From contig OZ059897.1 in the NCBI GenBank assembly GCA_964057225.1, positions 20,708,001 to 20,772,000 on the forward strand: a stretch of 64,000 nt of DNA. Reading direction: 5' to 3'. This stretch comes from Auanema rhodensis (lineage: Eukaryota; Animalia; Nematoda). How positions within the stretch are numbered: position 1 is the stretch's first letter; every line of letters begins with the position of its first letter. The position numbers and the translations under genes are program-made. Below the pieces are notes generated by a model, which saw only the letters and a list, made by a program, of their open reading frames with translations, was not told the origin of the DNA and ran no database searches. Below, piece by piece: positions 25,624 through 41,100 of this stretch.

Positions 25624-28600
25624 GCATTAGTGTATGTTGAGTTTCCATGTACACTCAACATTGCTTCCAAAAACATTTTGACAAAAATTTTTTCGAAAAA
25701 TTTCAAAATAATTTACCAAAAAGTAGATGTTTTTAGATTCCATTTTTCAAGGCAAAGACGATAGACAATGTTATTCAACGAAAAAGTTAATTCTTCAGGG
25801 TGAAAATCGAGGATATAAGTGTGAACTTATATCAGTTGATATCTCGGTGCATTTTTAAGCTAGCGCAAATCTGATAACACAGATCGACGCAGCTTAAAAA
25901 TCCGCATCGAATGCACTATACTACATTGAAAAACGCTTAATACAAAAATTAGTTATGATCGTTTGAAAAATGATGCATTCGTGTATGTTGAGTTTCCATG
26001 TACACTCAACATTGCTTCCAAAAACATTTTGACAAAAATTTTTTCGAAAAATTTCAAAATAATTTAGCAAAAAGTAGATGTTTTTAGATTCCATTTTTCA
26101 AGGCAAAGACGATAGACAATGTTATTCAACGAAAAAGTTAATTCTTCAGGGTGAAAATCGAGGATATAAGTGTGAACTTATATCAGTTGATATCTCGGTG
26201 CATTTTTAAGCTAGCGCAAATCTGATAACACAGATCGACGCAGCTTAAAAATCCGCATCGAATGCACTATACTACATTGAAAAACGCTTAATACAAAAAT
26301 TAGTTATGATCGTTTGAAAAATGATGCATTCGTGTATGTTGAGTTTCCATGTACACTCAACATTGCTTCCAAAAACATTTTGACAAAAATTTTTTCGAAA
26401 AATTTCAAAATAATTTAGCAAAAAGTAGATGTTTTTAGATTCTTTTTTTCAAGGCAAAGACGATGGACAATGTTATTCAACGAAAAAATTAATTCTTCAG
26501 GGTGAAAATCGAGGATATAAGTGTAAACTTATATCAGTTGATATCTCGGTGCATTTTTAAGCTAGCGCAAATCTGATAACACAGATCGACGCAGCTTAAA
26601 AATTCGCATCGAATGCACTATACTACACTGAGAAACGCTTAATACAAAAATTAGTTATGATCGTTTGAAAAATGATGCATTAGTGTATGTTGAGTTTCCA
26701 TGTACACTCAACATTGCTTCCAAAAACATTTTGACAAAAATTTTTTCGAAAAATTTCAAAATAATTTAGCAAAAAGTAGATGTTTTTAGATTCCTTTTTT
26801 CAAGGCAAAGACGATGGACAATGTTATTCAACGAAAAAATTAATTCTTCAGGATGAAAATCGAGGATATAAGTGTGAACTTATATCAGTTGATATCTCGG
26901 TACATTTTTAAGCTAGCGCAAATCTGATAACACAGATCGACGCAGCTTAAAAATCCGCATCGAATGCACTATACTACATGGAAGAACGCTTAATACAAAA
27001 ACTAGTTATGATCGTTTGAAAAATGATGCATTAGTGTATGTTGAGTTTCCATGTACACTCAACATTGCTTCCAAAAACATTTTGACAAAAATTTTTTCGA
27101 AAAATTTCAAAATAATTTACCAAAAAGTAGATGTTTTTAGATTCCATTTTTCAAGGCAAAGACGATAGACAATGTTATTCAACGAAAAAATTAATTCTTC
27201 AGGGTGAAAATCGAGGATATAAGTGTAAACTTATATCAGTTGATATCTCGGTGCATTTTTAAGCTAGCGCAAATCTGATAACACAGATCGACGCAGCTTA
27301 AAAATCCGCATCGAATGCACTATACTACATTGAAAAACGCTTAATACAAAAATTAGTTATGATCGTTTGAAAAATGATGCATTCGTGTATGTTGAGTTTC
27401 CATGTACACTCAACATTGCTTCCAAAAACATTTTGACAAAAATTTTTTCGAAAAATTTCAAAATAATTTAGCAAAAAGTAGATGTTTTTAGATTCTTTTT
27501 TTCAAGGCAAAGACGATGGACAATGTTATTCAACGAAAAAATTAATTCTTCAGGGTGAAAATCGAGGATATAAGTGTAAACTTATATCAGTTGATATCTC
27601 GGTGCATTTTTAAGCTAGCGCAAATCTGATAACACAGATCGACGCAGCTTAAAAATTCGCATCGAATGCACTATACTACACTGAGAAACGCTTAATACAA
27701 AAATTAGTTATGATCGTTTGAAAAATGATGCATTAGTGTATGTTGAGTTTCCATGTACACTCAACATTGCTTCCAAAAACATTTTGACAAAAATTTTTTC
27801 GAAAAATTTCAAAATAATTTAGCAAAAAGTAGATGTTTTTAGATTCCTTTTTTCAAGGCAAAGACGATGGACAATGTTATTCAACGAAAAAATTAATTCT
27901 TCAGGATGAAAATCGAGGATATAAGTGTGAACTTATATCAGTTGATATCTCGGTACATTTTTAAGCTAGCGCAAATCTGATAACACAGATCGACGCAGCT
28001 TAAAAATCCGCATCGAATGCACTATACTACATGGAAGAACGCTTAATACAAAAACTAGTTATGATCGTTTGAAAAATGATGCATTAGTGTATGTTGAGTT
28101 TCCATGTACACTCAACATTGCTTCCAAAAACATTTTGACAAAAATTTTTTCGAAAAATTTCAAAATAATTTACCAAAAAGTAGATGTTTTTAGATTCCAT
28201 TTTTCAAGGCAAAGACGATAGACAATGTTATTCAACGAAAAAATTAATTCTTCAGGGTGAAAATCGAGGATATAAGTGTAAACTTATATCAGTTGATATC
28301 TCGGTGCATTTTTAAGCTAGCGCAAATCTGATAACACAGATCGACGCAGCTTAAAAATCCGCATCGAATGCACTATACTACATTGAAAAACGCTTAATAC
28401 AAAAATTAGTTATGATCGTTTGAAAAATGATGCATTCGTGTATGTTGAGTTTCCATGTACACTCAACATTGCTTCCAAAAACATTTTGACAAAAATTTTT
28501 TCGAAAAATTTCAAAATAATTTAGCAAAAAGTAGATGTTTTTAGATTCCTTTTTTCAAGGCAAAGACGATGGACAATGTTATTCAACGAAAAAATTAATT

Positions 28601-31600
28601 CTTCAGGGTGAAAATCGAGGATATAAGTGTAAACTTATATCAGTTGATATCTCGGTGCATTTTTAAGCTAGCGCAAATCTGATAACACAGATCGACGCAG
28701 CTTAAAAATTCGCATCGAATGCACTATACTACACTGAGAAACGCTTAATACAAAAATTAGTTATGATCGTTTGAAAAATGATGCATTAGTGTATGTTGAG
28801 TTTCCATGTACACTCAACATTGCTTCCAAAAACATTTTGACAAAAATTTTTTCGAAAAATTTCAAAATAATTTAGCAAAAAGTAGATGTTTTTAGATTCC
28901 TTTTTTCAAGGCAAAGACGATGGACCATGTTATTCAACGAAAAAATTAATTCTTCAGGATGAAAATCGAGGATATAAGTGTGAACTTATATCAGTTGATA
29001 TCTCGGTACATTTTTAAGCTAGCGCAAATCTGATAACACAGATCGACGCAGCTTAAAAATCCGCATCGAATGCACTATACTACATGGAAGAACGCTTAAT
29101 ACAAAAACTAGTTATGATCGTTTGAAAAATGATGCATTAGTGTATGTTGAGTTTCCATGTACACTCAACATTGCTTCCAAAAACATTTTGACAAAAATTT
29201 TTTCGAAAAATTTCAAGATAATTTACCAAAAAGTAGATGTTTTTAGATTCCATTTTTCAAGGCAAAGACGATAGACAATGTTATTCAACGAAAAAGTTAA
29301 TTCTTCAGGGTGAAAATCGAGGATATAAGTGTGAACTTATATCAGTTGATATCTCGGTGCATTTTTAAGCTAGCGCAAATCTGATAACACAGATCGACGC
29401 AGCTTAAAAATCCGCATCGAATGCACTATACTACATGGAAGAACGCTAAATGCAAAAATTAGTTATGATCGTTTGAAAAATGATGCATTAGTGTATGTTG
29501 AGTTTCCATGTACACTCAACATTGCTTCCAAAAATATTTTGACAAAAATTTTTTCGAAAAATTTCAAAATAATTTAGCAAAAAGTAGATGTTTTTAGATT
29601 CCTTTTTTCAAGGCAAAGACGATGGACAATGTTATTCAACGAAAAAATTAATTCTTTAGGGTGAAAATCGAGGATATAAGTGTGAACTTATATCAGTTGA
29701 TATCTCGGTACATTTTTAAGCTAGCGCAAATCTGATAACACAGATCGACGCAGCTTAAAAATCCGCATCGAATGCACTATACTACATTGAAAAACGCTTA
29801 ATACAAAAATTAGTTATGATCGTTTGAAAAATGATGCATTCGTGTATGTTGAGTTTCCATGTACACTCAACATTGCTTCCAAAAACATTTTGACAAAAAT
29901 TTTTTCGAAAAATTTCAAAATAATTTAGCAAAAAGTAGATGTTTTTAGATTCCTTTTTTCAAGGCAAAGACGATGGACAATGTTATTCAACGAAAAAATT
30001 AATTCTTCAGGGTGAAAATCGAGGATATAAGTGTAAACTTATATCAGTTGATATCTCGGTGCATTTTTAAGCTAGCGCAAATCTGATAACACAGATCGAC
30101 GCAGCTTAAAAATCCGCATCGAATGCACTATACTACATTGAAAAACGCTTAATACAAAAATTAGTTATGATCGTTTGAAAAATGATGCATTCGTGTATGT
30201 TGAGTTTCCATGTACACTCAACATTGCTTCCAAAAACATTTTGACAAAAATTTTTTCGAAAAATTTCAAAATAATTTAGCAAAAAGTAGATGTTTTTAGA
30301 TTCCTTTTTTCAAGGCAAAGACGATGGACAATGTTATTCAACGAAAAAATTAATTCTTCAGGGTGAAAATCGAGGATATAAGTGTAAACTTATATCAGTT
30401 GATATCTCGGTGCATTTTTAAGCTAGCGCAAATCTGATAACACAGATCGACGCAGCTTAAAAATTCGCATCGAATGCACTATACTACACTGAGAAACGCT
30501 TAATACAAAAATTAGTTATGATCGTTTGAAAAATGATGCATTAGTGTATGTTGAGTTTCCATGTACACTCAACATTGCTTCCAAAAACATTTTGACAAAA
30601 ATTTTTTCGAAAAATTTCAAAATAATTTAGCAAAAAGTAGATGTTTTTAGATTCCTTTTTTCAAGGCAAAGACGATGGACCATGTTATTCAACGAAAAAA
30701 TTAATTCTTCAGGATGAAAATCGAGGATATAAGTGTGAACTTATATCAGTTGATATCTCGGTACATTTTTAAGCTAGCGCAAATCTGATAACACAGATCG
30801 ACGCAGCTTAAAAATCCGCATCGAATGCACTATACTACATGGAAGAACGCTTAATACAAAAACTAGTTATGATCGTTTGAAAAATGATGCATTAGTGTAT
30901 GTTGAGTTTCCATGTACACTCAACATTGCTTCCAAAAACATTTTGACAAAAATTTTTTCGAAAAATTTCAAGATAATTTACCAAAAAGTAGATGTTTTTA
31001 GATTCCATTTTTCAAGGCAAAGACGATAGACAATGTTATTCAACGAAAAAGTTAATTCTTCAGGGTGAAAATCGAGGATATAAGTGTGAACTTATATCAG
31101 TTGATATCTCGGTGCATTTTTAAGCTAGCGCAAATCTGATAACACAGATCGACGCAGCTTAAAAATCCGCATCGAATGCACTATACTACATGGAAGAACG
31201 CTAAATACAAAAATTAGTTATGATCGTTTGAAAAATGATGCATTAGTGTATGTTGAGTTTCCATGTACACTCAACATTGCTTCCAAAAATATTTTGACAA
31301 AAATTTTTTCGAAAAATTTCAAAATAATTTAGCAAAAAGTAGATGTTTTTAGATTCCTTTTTTCAAGGCAAAGACGATGGACAATGTTATTCAACGAAAA
31401 AATTAATTCTTTAGGGTGAAAATCGAGGATATAAGTGTGAACTTATATCAGTTGATATCTCGGTACATTTTTAAGCTAGCGCAAATCTGATAACACAGAT
31501 CGACGCAGCTTAAAAATCCGCATCGAATGCACTATACTACATTGAAAAACGCTTAATACAAAAATTAGTTATGATCGTTTGAAAAATGATGCATTCGTGT

Positions 31601-34600
31601 ATGTTGAGTTTCCATGTACACTCAACATTGCTTCCAAAAACATTTTGACAAAAATTTTTTCGAAAAATTTCAAAATAATTTAGCAAAAAGTAGATGTTTT
31701 TAGATTCCTTTTTTCAAGGCAAAGACGATGGACAATGTTATTCAACGAAAAAATTAATTCTTCAGGGTGAAAATCGAGGATATAAGTGTAAACTTATATC
31801 AGTTGATATCTCGGTGCATTTTTAAGCTAGCGCAAATCTAATAACACAGATCGACGCAGCTTAAAAATTCGCATCGAATGCACTATACTACACTGAGAAA
31901 CGCTTAATACAAAAATTAGTTATGATCGTTTGAAAAATGATGCATTAGTGTATGTTGAGTTTCCATGTACACTCAACATTGCTTCCAAAAACATTTTGAC
32001 AAAAATTTTTTCGAAAAATTTCAAAATAATTTAGCAAAAAGTAGATGTTTTTAGATTCCTTTTTTCAAGGCAAAGACGATGGACCATGTTATTCAACGAA
32101 AAAATTAATTCTTCAGGATGAAAATCGAGGATATAAGTGTGAACTTATATCAGTTGATATCTCGGTACATTTTTAAGCTAGCGCAAATCTGATAACACAG
32201 ATCGACGCAGCTTAAAAATCCGCATCGAATGCACTATACTACATGGAAGAACGCTTAATACAAAAACTAGTTATGATCGTTTGAAAAATGATGCATTAGT
32301 GTATGTTGAGTTTCCATGTACACTCAACATTGCTTCCAAAAACATTTTGACAAAAATTTTTTCGAAAAATTTCAAGATAATTTACCAAAAAGTAGATGTT
32401 TTTAGATTCCATTTTTCAAGGCAAAGACGATAGACAATGTTATTCAACGAAAAAGTTAATTCTTCAGGGTGAAAATCGAGGATATAAGTGTGAACTTATA
32501 TCAGTTGATATCTCGGTGCATTTTTAAGCTAGCGCAAATCTGATAACACAGATCGACGCAGCTTAAAAATCCGCATCGAATGCACTATACTACATGGAAG
32601 AACGCTAAATACAAAAATTAGTTATGATCGTTTGAAAAATGATGCATTAGTGTATGTTGAGTTTCCATGTACACTCAACATTGCTTCCAAAAATATTTTG
32701 ACAAAAATTTTTTCGAAAAATTTCAAAATAATTTAGCAAAAAGTAGATGTTTTTAGATTCCTTTTTTCAAGGCAAAGACGATGGACAATGTTATTCAACG
32801 AAAAAATTAATTCTTTAGGGTGAAAATCGAGGATATAAGTGTGAACTTATATCAGTTGATATCTCGGTACATTTTTAAGCTAGCGCAAATCTGATAACAC
32901 AGATCGACGCAGCTTAAAAATCCGCATCGAATGCACTATACTACACTGAGAAACGCTTAATACAAAAATTAGTTATGATCGTTTGAAAAATGATGCATTA
33001 GTGTATGTTGAGTTTCCATGTACACTCAACATTGCTTCCAAAAACATTTTGACAAAAATTTTTTCGAAAAATTTCAAAATAATTTAGCAAAAAGTAGATG
33101 TTTTTAGATTCCTTTTTTCAAGGCAAAGACGATGGACAATGTTATTCAACGAAAAAATTAATTCTTCAGGATGAAAATCGAGGATATAAGTGTGAACTTA
33201 TATCAGTTGATATCTCGGTACATTTTTAAGCTAGCGCAAATCTGATAACACAGATCGACGCAGCTTAAAAATCCGCATCGAATGCACTATACTACATGGA
33301 AGAACGCTTAATACAAAAATTAGTTATGATCGTTTGAAAAATGATGCATTAGTGTATGTTGAGTTTCCATGTACACTCAACATTGCTTCCAAAAACATTT
33401 TGACAAAAATTTTTTCGAAAAATTTCAAAATAATTTAGCAAAAAGTAGATGTTTTTAGATTCCTTTTTTCAAGGCAAAGACGATGGACAATGTTATTCAA
33501 CGAAAAAATTAATTCTTCAGGATGAAAATCGAGGATATAAGTGTGAACTTATATCAGTTGATATCTCGGTACATTTTTAAGCTAGCGCAAATCTGATAAC
33601 ACAGATCGACGCAGCTCAAAAATCCGCATCGAATGCCCTATACTACATGGAAGAACGCTTAATACAAAAATTAGTTATGATCGTTTGAAAAATGATGCAT
33701 TAGTGTATGTTGAGTTTCCATGTACACTCAACATTGCTTCCAAAAACATTTTGACAAAAATTTTTTCGAAAAATTTCAAAATAATTTACCAAAAAGTAGA
33801 TGTTTTTAGATTCCATTTTTCAAGGCAAAGACGATAGACAATGTTATTCAACGAAAAAGTTAATTCTTCAGGGTGAAAATCGAGGATATAAGTGTGAACT
33901 TATATCAGTTGATATCTCGGTGCATTTTTAAGCTAGCGCAAATTTGATAACACAGATCGACGCAGCTTAAAAATCCGCATCGAATGCACTATACTACATT
34001 GAAAAACGCTTAATACAAAAATTAGTTATGATCGTTTGAAAAATGATGCATTCGTGTATGTTGAGTTTCCATGTACACTCAACATTGCTTCCAAAAACAT
34101 TTTGACAAAAATTTTTTCGAAAAATTTCAAAATAATTTAGCAAAAAGTAGATGTTTTTAGATTCCTTTTTTCAAGGCAAAGACGATGGACAATGTTATTC
34201 AACGAAAAAATTAATTCTTTAGGGTGAAAATCGAGGATATAAGTGTGAACTTATATCAGTTGATATCTCGGTGCATTTTTAAGCTAGCGCAAATCTGATA
34301 ACACAGATCGACGCAGCTTAAAAATCCGCATCGAATGCACTATACTACATTGAGAAACGCTTAATACAAAAATTAGTTATGATCGTTTGAAAAATGATGC
34401 ATTAGTGTATGTTGAGTTTCCATGTACACTCAACATTGCTTCCAAAAACATTTTGACAAAAATTTTTTCGAAAAATTTCAAAATAATTTAGCAAAAAGTA
34501 GATGTTTTTAGATTCCTTTTTTCAAGGCAAAGACGATGGACAATGTTATTCAACGAAAAAATTAATTCTTCAGGATGAAAATCGAGGATATAAGTGTGAA

Positions 34601-35100
34601 CTTATATCAGTTGATATCTCGGTACATTTTTAAGCTAGCGCAAATCTGATAACACAGATCGACGCAGCTTAAAAATCCGCATCGAATGCACTATACTACA
34701 TTGAAAAACGCTTAATACAAAAATTAGTTATGATCGTTTGAATAATGATGCATTCGTGTATGTTGAGTTTCCATGTACACTCAACATTGCTTCCAAAAAC
34801 ATTTTGACAAAAATTTTTTCGAAAAATTTCAAAATAATTTAGCAAAAAGTAGATGTTTTTAGATTCCTTTTTTCAAGGCAAAGACGATGGACAATGTTAT
34901 TCAACGAAAAAATTAATTCTTCAGGGTGAAAATCGAGGATATAAGTGTAAACTTATATCAGTTGATATCTCGGTGCATTTTTAAGCTAGCGCAAATCTGA
35001 TAACACAGATCGACGCAGCTTAAAAATCCGCATCGAATGCACTATACTACACTGAGAAACGCTTAATACAAAAATTAGTTATGATCGTTTGAAAAATGAT
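25624..35100 (+). repeat. 27-monomer block, copy 2 of the ~9.5-kb duplication
   Basis: Private SNPs at 33617, 33637 and 34743 equal the copy 1 positions + 10,530 (30 x 351). Confidence 0.88.
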
Positions 35101-38100
35101 GCATTAGTGTATGTTGAGTTTCCATGTACACTCAACATTGCTTCCAAAAACATTTTGACAAAAATTTTTTCGAAAAATTTCAAAATAATTTAGCAAAAAG
35201 TAGATGTTTTTAGATTCCTTTTTTCAAGGCAAAGACGATGGACAATGTTATTCAACGAAAAAATTAATTCTTCAGGATGAAAATCGAGGATATAAGTGTG
35301 AACTTATATCAGTTGATATCTCGGTACATTTTTAAGCTAGCGCAAATCTGATAACACAGATCGACGCAGCTTAAAAATCCGCATCGAATGCACTATACTA
35401 CATGGAAGAACGCTTAATACAAAAATTAGTTATGATCGTTTGAAAAATGATGCATTAGTGTATGTTGAGTTTCCATGTACACTCAACATTGCTTCCAAAA
35501 ACATTTTGACAAAAATTTTTTCGAAAAATTTCAAAATAATTTACCAAAAAGTAGATGTTTTTAGATTCCATTTTTCAAGGCAAAGACGATAGACAATGTT
35601 ATTCAACGAAAAAGTTAATTCTTCAGGGTGAAAATCGAGGATATAAGTGTGAACTTATATCAGTTGATATCTCGGTGCATTTTTAAGCTAGCGCAAATTT
35701 GATAACACAGATCGACGCAGCTTAAAAATCCGCATCGAATGCACTATACTACATTGAAAAACGCTTAATACAAAAATTAGTTATGATCGTTTGAAAAATG
35801 ATGCATTCGTGTATGTTGAGTTTCCATGTACACTCAACATTGCTTCCAAAAACATTTTGACAAAAATTTTTTCGAAAAATTTCAAAATAATTTAGCAAAA
35901 AGTAGATGTTTTTAGATTCCTTTTTTCAAGGCAAAGACGATGGACAATGTTATTCAACGAAAAAATTAATTCTTTAGGGTGAAAATCGAGGATATAAGTG
36001 TGAACTTATATCAGTTGATATCTCGGTGCATTTTTAAGCTAGCGCAAATCTGATAACACAGATCGACGCAGCTTAAAAATCCGCATCGAATGCACTATAC
36101 TACATTGAGAAACGCTTAATACAAAAATTAGTTATGATCGTTTGAAAAATGATGCATTAGTGTATGTTGAGTTTCCATGTACACTCAACATTGCTTCCAA
36201 AAACATTTTGACAAAAATTTTTTCGAAAAATTTCAAAATAATTTAGCAAAAAGTAGATGTTTTTAGATTCCTTTTTTCAAGGCAAAGACGATGGACAATG
36301 TTATTCAACGAAAAAATTAATTCTTCAGGATGAAAATCGAGGATATAAGTGTGAACTTATATCAGTTGATATCTCGGTACATTTTTAAGCTAGCGCAAAT
36401 CTGATAACACAGATCGACGCAGCTTAAAAATCCGCATCGAATGCACTATACTACATGGAAGAACGCTTAATACAAAAATTAGTTATGATCGTTTGAAAAA
36501 TGATGCATTAGTGTATGTTGAGTTTCCATGTACACTCAACATTGCTTCCAAAAACATTTTGACAAAAATTTTTTCGAAAAATTTCAAAATAATTTACCAA
36601 AAAGTAGATGTTTTTAGATTCCATTTTTCAAGGCAAAGACGATAGACAATGTTATTCAACGAAAAAGTTAATTCTTCAGGGTGAAAATCGAGGATATAAG
36701 TGTGAACTTATATCAGTTGATATCTCGGTGCATTTTTAAGCTAGCGCAAATTTGATAACACAGATCGACGCAGCTTAAAAATCCGCATCGAATGCACTAT
36801 ACTACATTGAAAAACGCTTAATACAAAAATTAGTTATGATCGTTTGAAAAATGATGCATTCGTGTATGTTGAGTTTCCATGTACACTCAACATTGCTTCC
36901 AAAAACATTTTGACAAAAATTTTTTCGAAAAATTTCAAAATAATTTAGCAAAAAGTAGATGTTTTTAGATTCCTTTTTTCAAGGCAAAGACGATGGACAA
37001 TGTTATTCAACGAAAAAATTAATTCTTCAGGGTGAAAATCGAGGATATAAGTGTAAACTTATATCAGTTGATATCTCGGTGCATTTTTAAGCTAGCGCAA
37101 ATCTGATAACACAGATCGACGCAGCTTAAAAATCCGCATCGAATGCACTATACTACACTGAGAAACGCTTAATACAAAAATTAGTTATGATCGTTTGAAA
37201 AATGATGCATTAGTGTATGTTGAGTTTCCATGTACACTCAACATTGCTTCCAAAAACATTTTGACAAAAATTTTTTCGAAAAATTTCAAAATAATTTAGC
37301 AAAAAGTAGATGTTTTTAGATTCCTTTTTTCAAGGCAAAGACGATGGACAATGTTATTCAACGAAAAAATTAATTCTTCAGGATGAAAATCGAGGATATA
37401 AGTGTGAACTTATATCAGTTGATATCTCGGTACATTTTTAAGCTAGCGCAAATCTGATAATACAGATCGACGCAGCTTAAAAATCCGCATCGAATGCACT
37501 ATACTACATGGAAGAACGCTTAATACAAAAATTAGTTATGATCGTTTGAAAAATGATGCATTAGTGTATGTTGAGTTTCCATGTACACTCAACATTGCTT
37601 CCAAAAACATTTTGACAAAAATTTTTTCGAAAAATTTCAAGATAATTTACCAAAAAGTAGATGTTTTTAGATTCCATTTTTCAAGGCAAAGACGATAGAC
37701 AATGTTATTCAACGAAAAAGTTAATTCTTCAGGGTGAAAATCGAGGATATAAGTGTGAACTTATATCAGTTGATATCTCGGTGCATTTTTAAGCTAGCGC
37801 AAATCTGATAACACAGATCGACGCAGCTTAAAAATCCGCATCGAATGCACTATACTACATTGAGAAAAGCTTAATACAAAAATTAGTTATGATCGTTTGA
37901 AAAATGATGCATTAGTGTATGTTGAGTTTCCATGTACACTCAACATTGCTTCCAAAAACATTTTGACAAAAATTTTTTCGAAAAATTTCAAAATAATTTA
38001 GCAAAAAGTAGATGTTTTTAGATTCCTTTTTTCAAGGCAAAGACGATGGACAATGTTATTCAACGAAAAAATTAATTCTTTAGGGTGAAAATCGAGGATA

Positions 38101-41100
38101 TAAGTGTGAACTTATATCAGTTGATATCTCGGTACATTTTTAAGCTAGCGCAAATCTGATAACACAGATCGACGCAGCTTAAAAATCCGCATCGAATGCA
38201 CTATACTACATGGAAGAACGCTAAATGCAAAAATTAGTTATGATCGTTTGAAAAATGATGCATTAGTGTATGTTGAGTTTCCATGTACACTCAACATTGC
38301 TTCCAAAAATATTTTGACAAAAATTTTTTCGAAAAATTTCAAAATAATTTAGCAAAAAGTAGATGTTTTTAGATTCCATTTTTCAAGGCAAAGACGATGG
38401 ACAATGTTATTCAACGAAAAAATTAATTCTTCAGGGTGAAAATCGAGGATATAAGTGTGAACTTATATCAGTTGATATCTCGGTGCATTTTTAAGCTAGC
38501 GCAAATCTGATAACACAGATCGACGCAGCTTAAAAATCCGCATCGAATGCACTATACTACATTGAGAAACGCTTAATACAAAAATTAGTTATGATCGTTT
38601 GAAAAATGATGCATTAGTGTATGTTGAGTTTCCATGTACACTCAACATTGCTTCCAAAAACATTTTGACAAAAATTTTTTCGAAAAATTTCAAAATAATT
38701 TAGCGAAAAGTAGATGTTTTTAGATTCGATTTTTCAAGGCAAAGACGATGGACAATGTTATTCAACGAAAAAATTAATTCTTCAGGATGAAAATCGAGGA
38801 TATAAGTGTGAACTTATATCAGTTGATATCTCGGTGCATTTTTAAGCTAGCGCAAATCTGATAACACAGATCGACGCAGCTTAAAAATCCGCATCGAATG
38901 CACTATACTACATTGAGAAACGCTTAATACAAAAATTAGTTATGATCGTTTGAAAAATGATGCATTAGTGTATGTTGAGTTTCCATGTACACTCAACATT
39001 GCTTCCAAAAACATTTTGACAAAAATTTTTTCGAAAAATTTCAAGATAATTTACCAAAAAGTAGATGTTTTTAGATTCCATTTTTCAAGGCAAAGACGAT
39101 AGACAATGTTATTCAACGAAAAAGTTAATTCTTCAGGGTGAAAATCGAGGATATAAGTGTGAACTTATATCAGTTGATATCTCGGTGCATTTTTAAGCTA
39201 GCGCAAATCTGATAACACAGATCGACGCAGCTTAAAAATCCGCATCGAATGCACTATACTACATTGAGAAAAGCTTAATACAAAAATTAGTTATGATCGT
39301 TTGAAAAATGATGCATTAGTGTATGTTGAGTTTCCATGTACACTCAACATTGCTTCCAAAAACATTTTGACAAAAATTTTTTCGAAAAATTTCAAAATAA
39401 TTTAGCGAAAAGTAGATGTTTTTAGATTCGATTTTTCAAGGCAAAGACGATGGACAATGTTATTCAACGAAAAAATTAATTCTTCAGGATGAAAATCGAG
39501 GATATAAGTGTGAACTTATATCAGTTGATATCTCGGTGCATTTTTAAGCTAGCGCAAATCTGATAACACAGATCGACGCAGCTTAAAAATCCGCATCGAA
39601 TGCACTATACTACATTGAGAAACGCTTAATACAAAAATTAGTTATGATCGTTTGAAAAATGATGCATTAGTGTATGTTGAGTTTCCATGTACACTCAACA
39701 TTGCTTCCAAAAACATTTTGACAAAAATTTTTTCGAAAAATTTCAAAATAATTTAGCAAAAAGTAGATGTTTTTAGATTCCTTTTTTCAAGGCAAAGACG
39801 ATGGACAATGTTATTCAACGAAAAAATTAATTCTTCAGGATGAAAATCGAGGATATAAGTGTGAACTTATATCAGTTGATATCTCGGTACATTTTTAAGC
39901 TAGCGCAAATCTGATAACACAGATCGACGCAGCTTAAAAATCCGCATCGAATGCACTATACTACATGGAAGAACGCTTAATACAAAAATTAGTTATGATC
40001 GTTTGAAAAATGATGCATTAGTGTATGTTGAGTTTCCATGTACACTCAACATTGCTTCCAAAAACATTTTGACAAAAATTTTTTCGAAAAATTTCAAAAT
40101 AATTTACCAAAAAGTAGATGTTTTTAGATTCCATTTTTCAAGGCAAAGACGATAGACAATGTTATTCAACGAAAAAGTTAATTCTTCAGGGTGAAAATCG
40201 AGGATATAAGTGTGAACTTATATCAGTTGATATCTCGGTGCATTTTTAAGCTAGCGCAAATTTGATAACACAGATCGACGCAGCTTAAAAATCCGCATCG
40301 AATGCACTATACTACATTGAAAAACGCTTAATACAAAAATTAGTTATGATCGTTTGAAAAATGATGCATTCGTGTATGTTGAGTTTCCATGTACACTCAA
40401 CATTGCTTCCAAAAACATTTTGACAAAAATTTTTTCGAAAAATTTCAAAATAATTTAGCAAAAAGTAGATGTTTTTAGATTCCTTTTTTCAAGGCAAAGA
40501 CGATGGACAATGTTATTCAACGAAAAAATTAATTCTTCAGGGTGAAAATCGAGGATATAAGTGTAAACTTATATCAGTTGATATCTCGGTGCATTTTTAA
40601 GCTAGCGCAAATCTGATAACACAGATCGACGCAGCTTAAAAATCCGCATCGAATGCACTATACTACACTGAGAAACGCTTAATACAAAAATTAGTTATGA
40701 TCGTTTGAAAAATGATGCATTAGTGTATGTTGAGTTTCCATGTACACTCAACATTGCTTCCAAAAACATTTTGACAAAAATTTTTTCGAAAAATTTCAAA
40801 ATAATTTAGCAAAAAGTAGATGTTTTTAGATTCCTTTTTTCAAGGCAAAGACGATGGACAATGTTATTCAACGAAAAAATTAATTCTTCAGGATGAAAAT
40901 CGAGGATATAAGTGTGAACTTATATCAGTTGATATCTCGGTACATTTTTAAGCTAGCGCAAATCTGATAATACAGATCGACGCAGCTTAAAAATCCGCAT
41001 CGAATACACTATACTACATGGAAGAACGCTTAATACAAAAATTAGTTATGATCGTTTGAAAAATGATGCATTAGTGTATGTTGAGTTTCCATGTACACTC

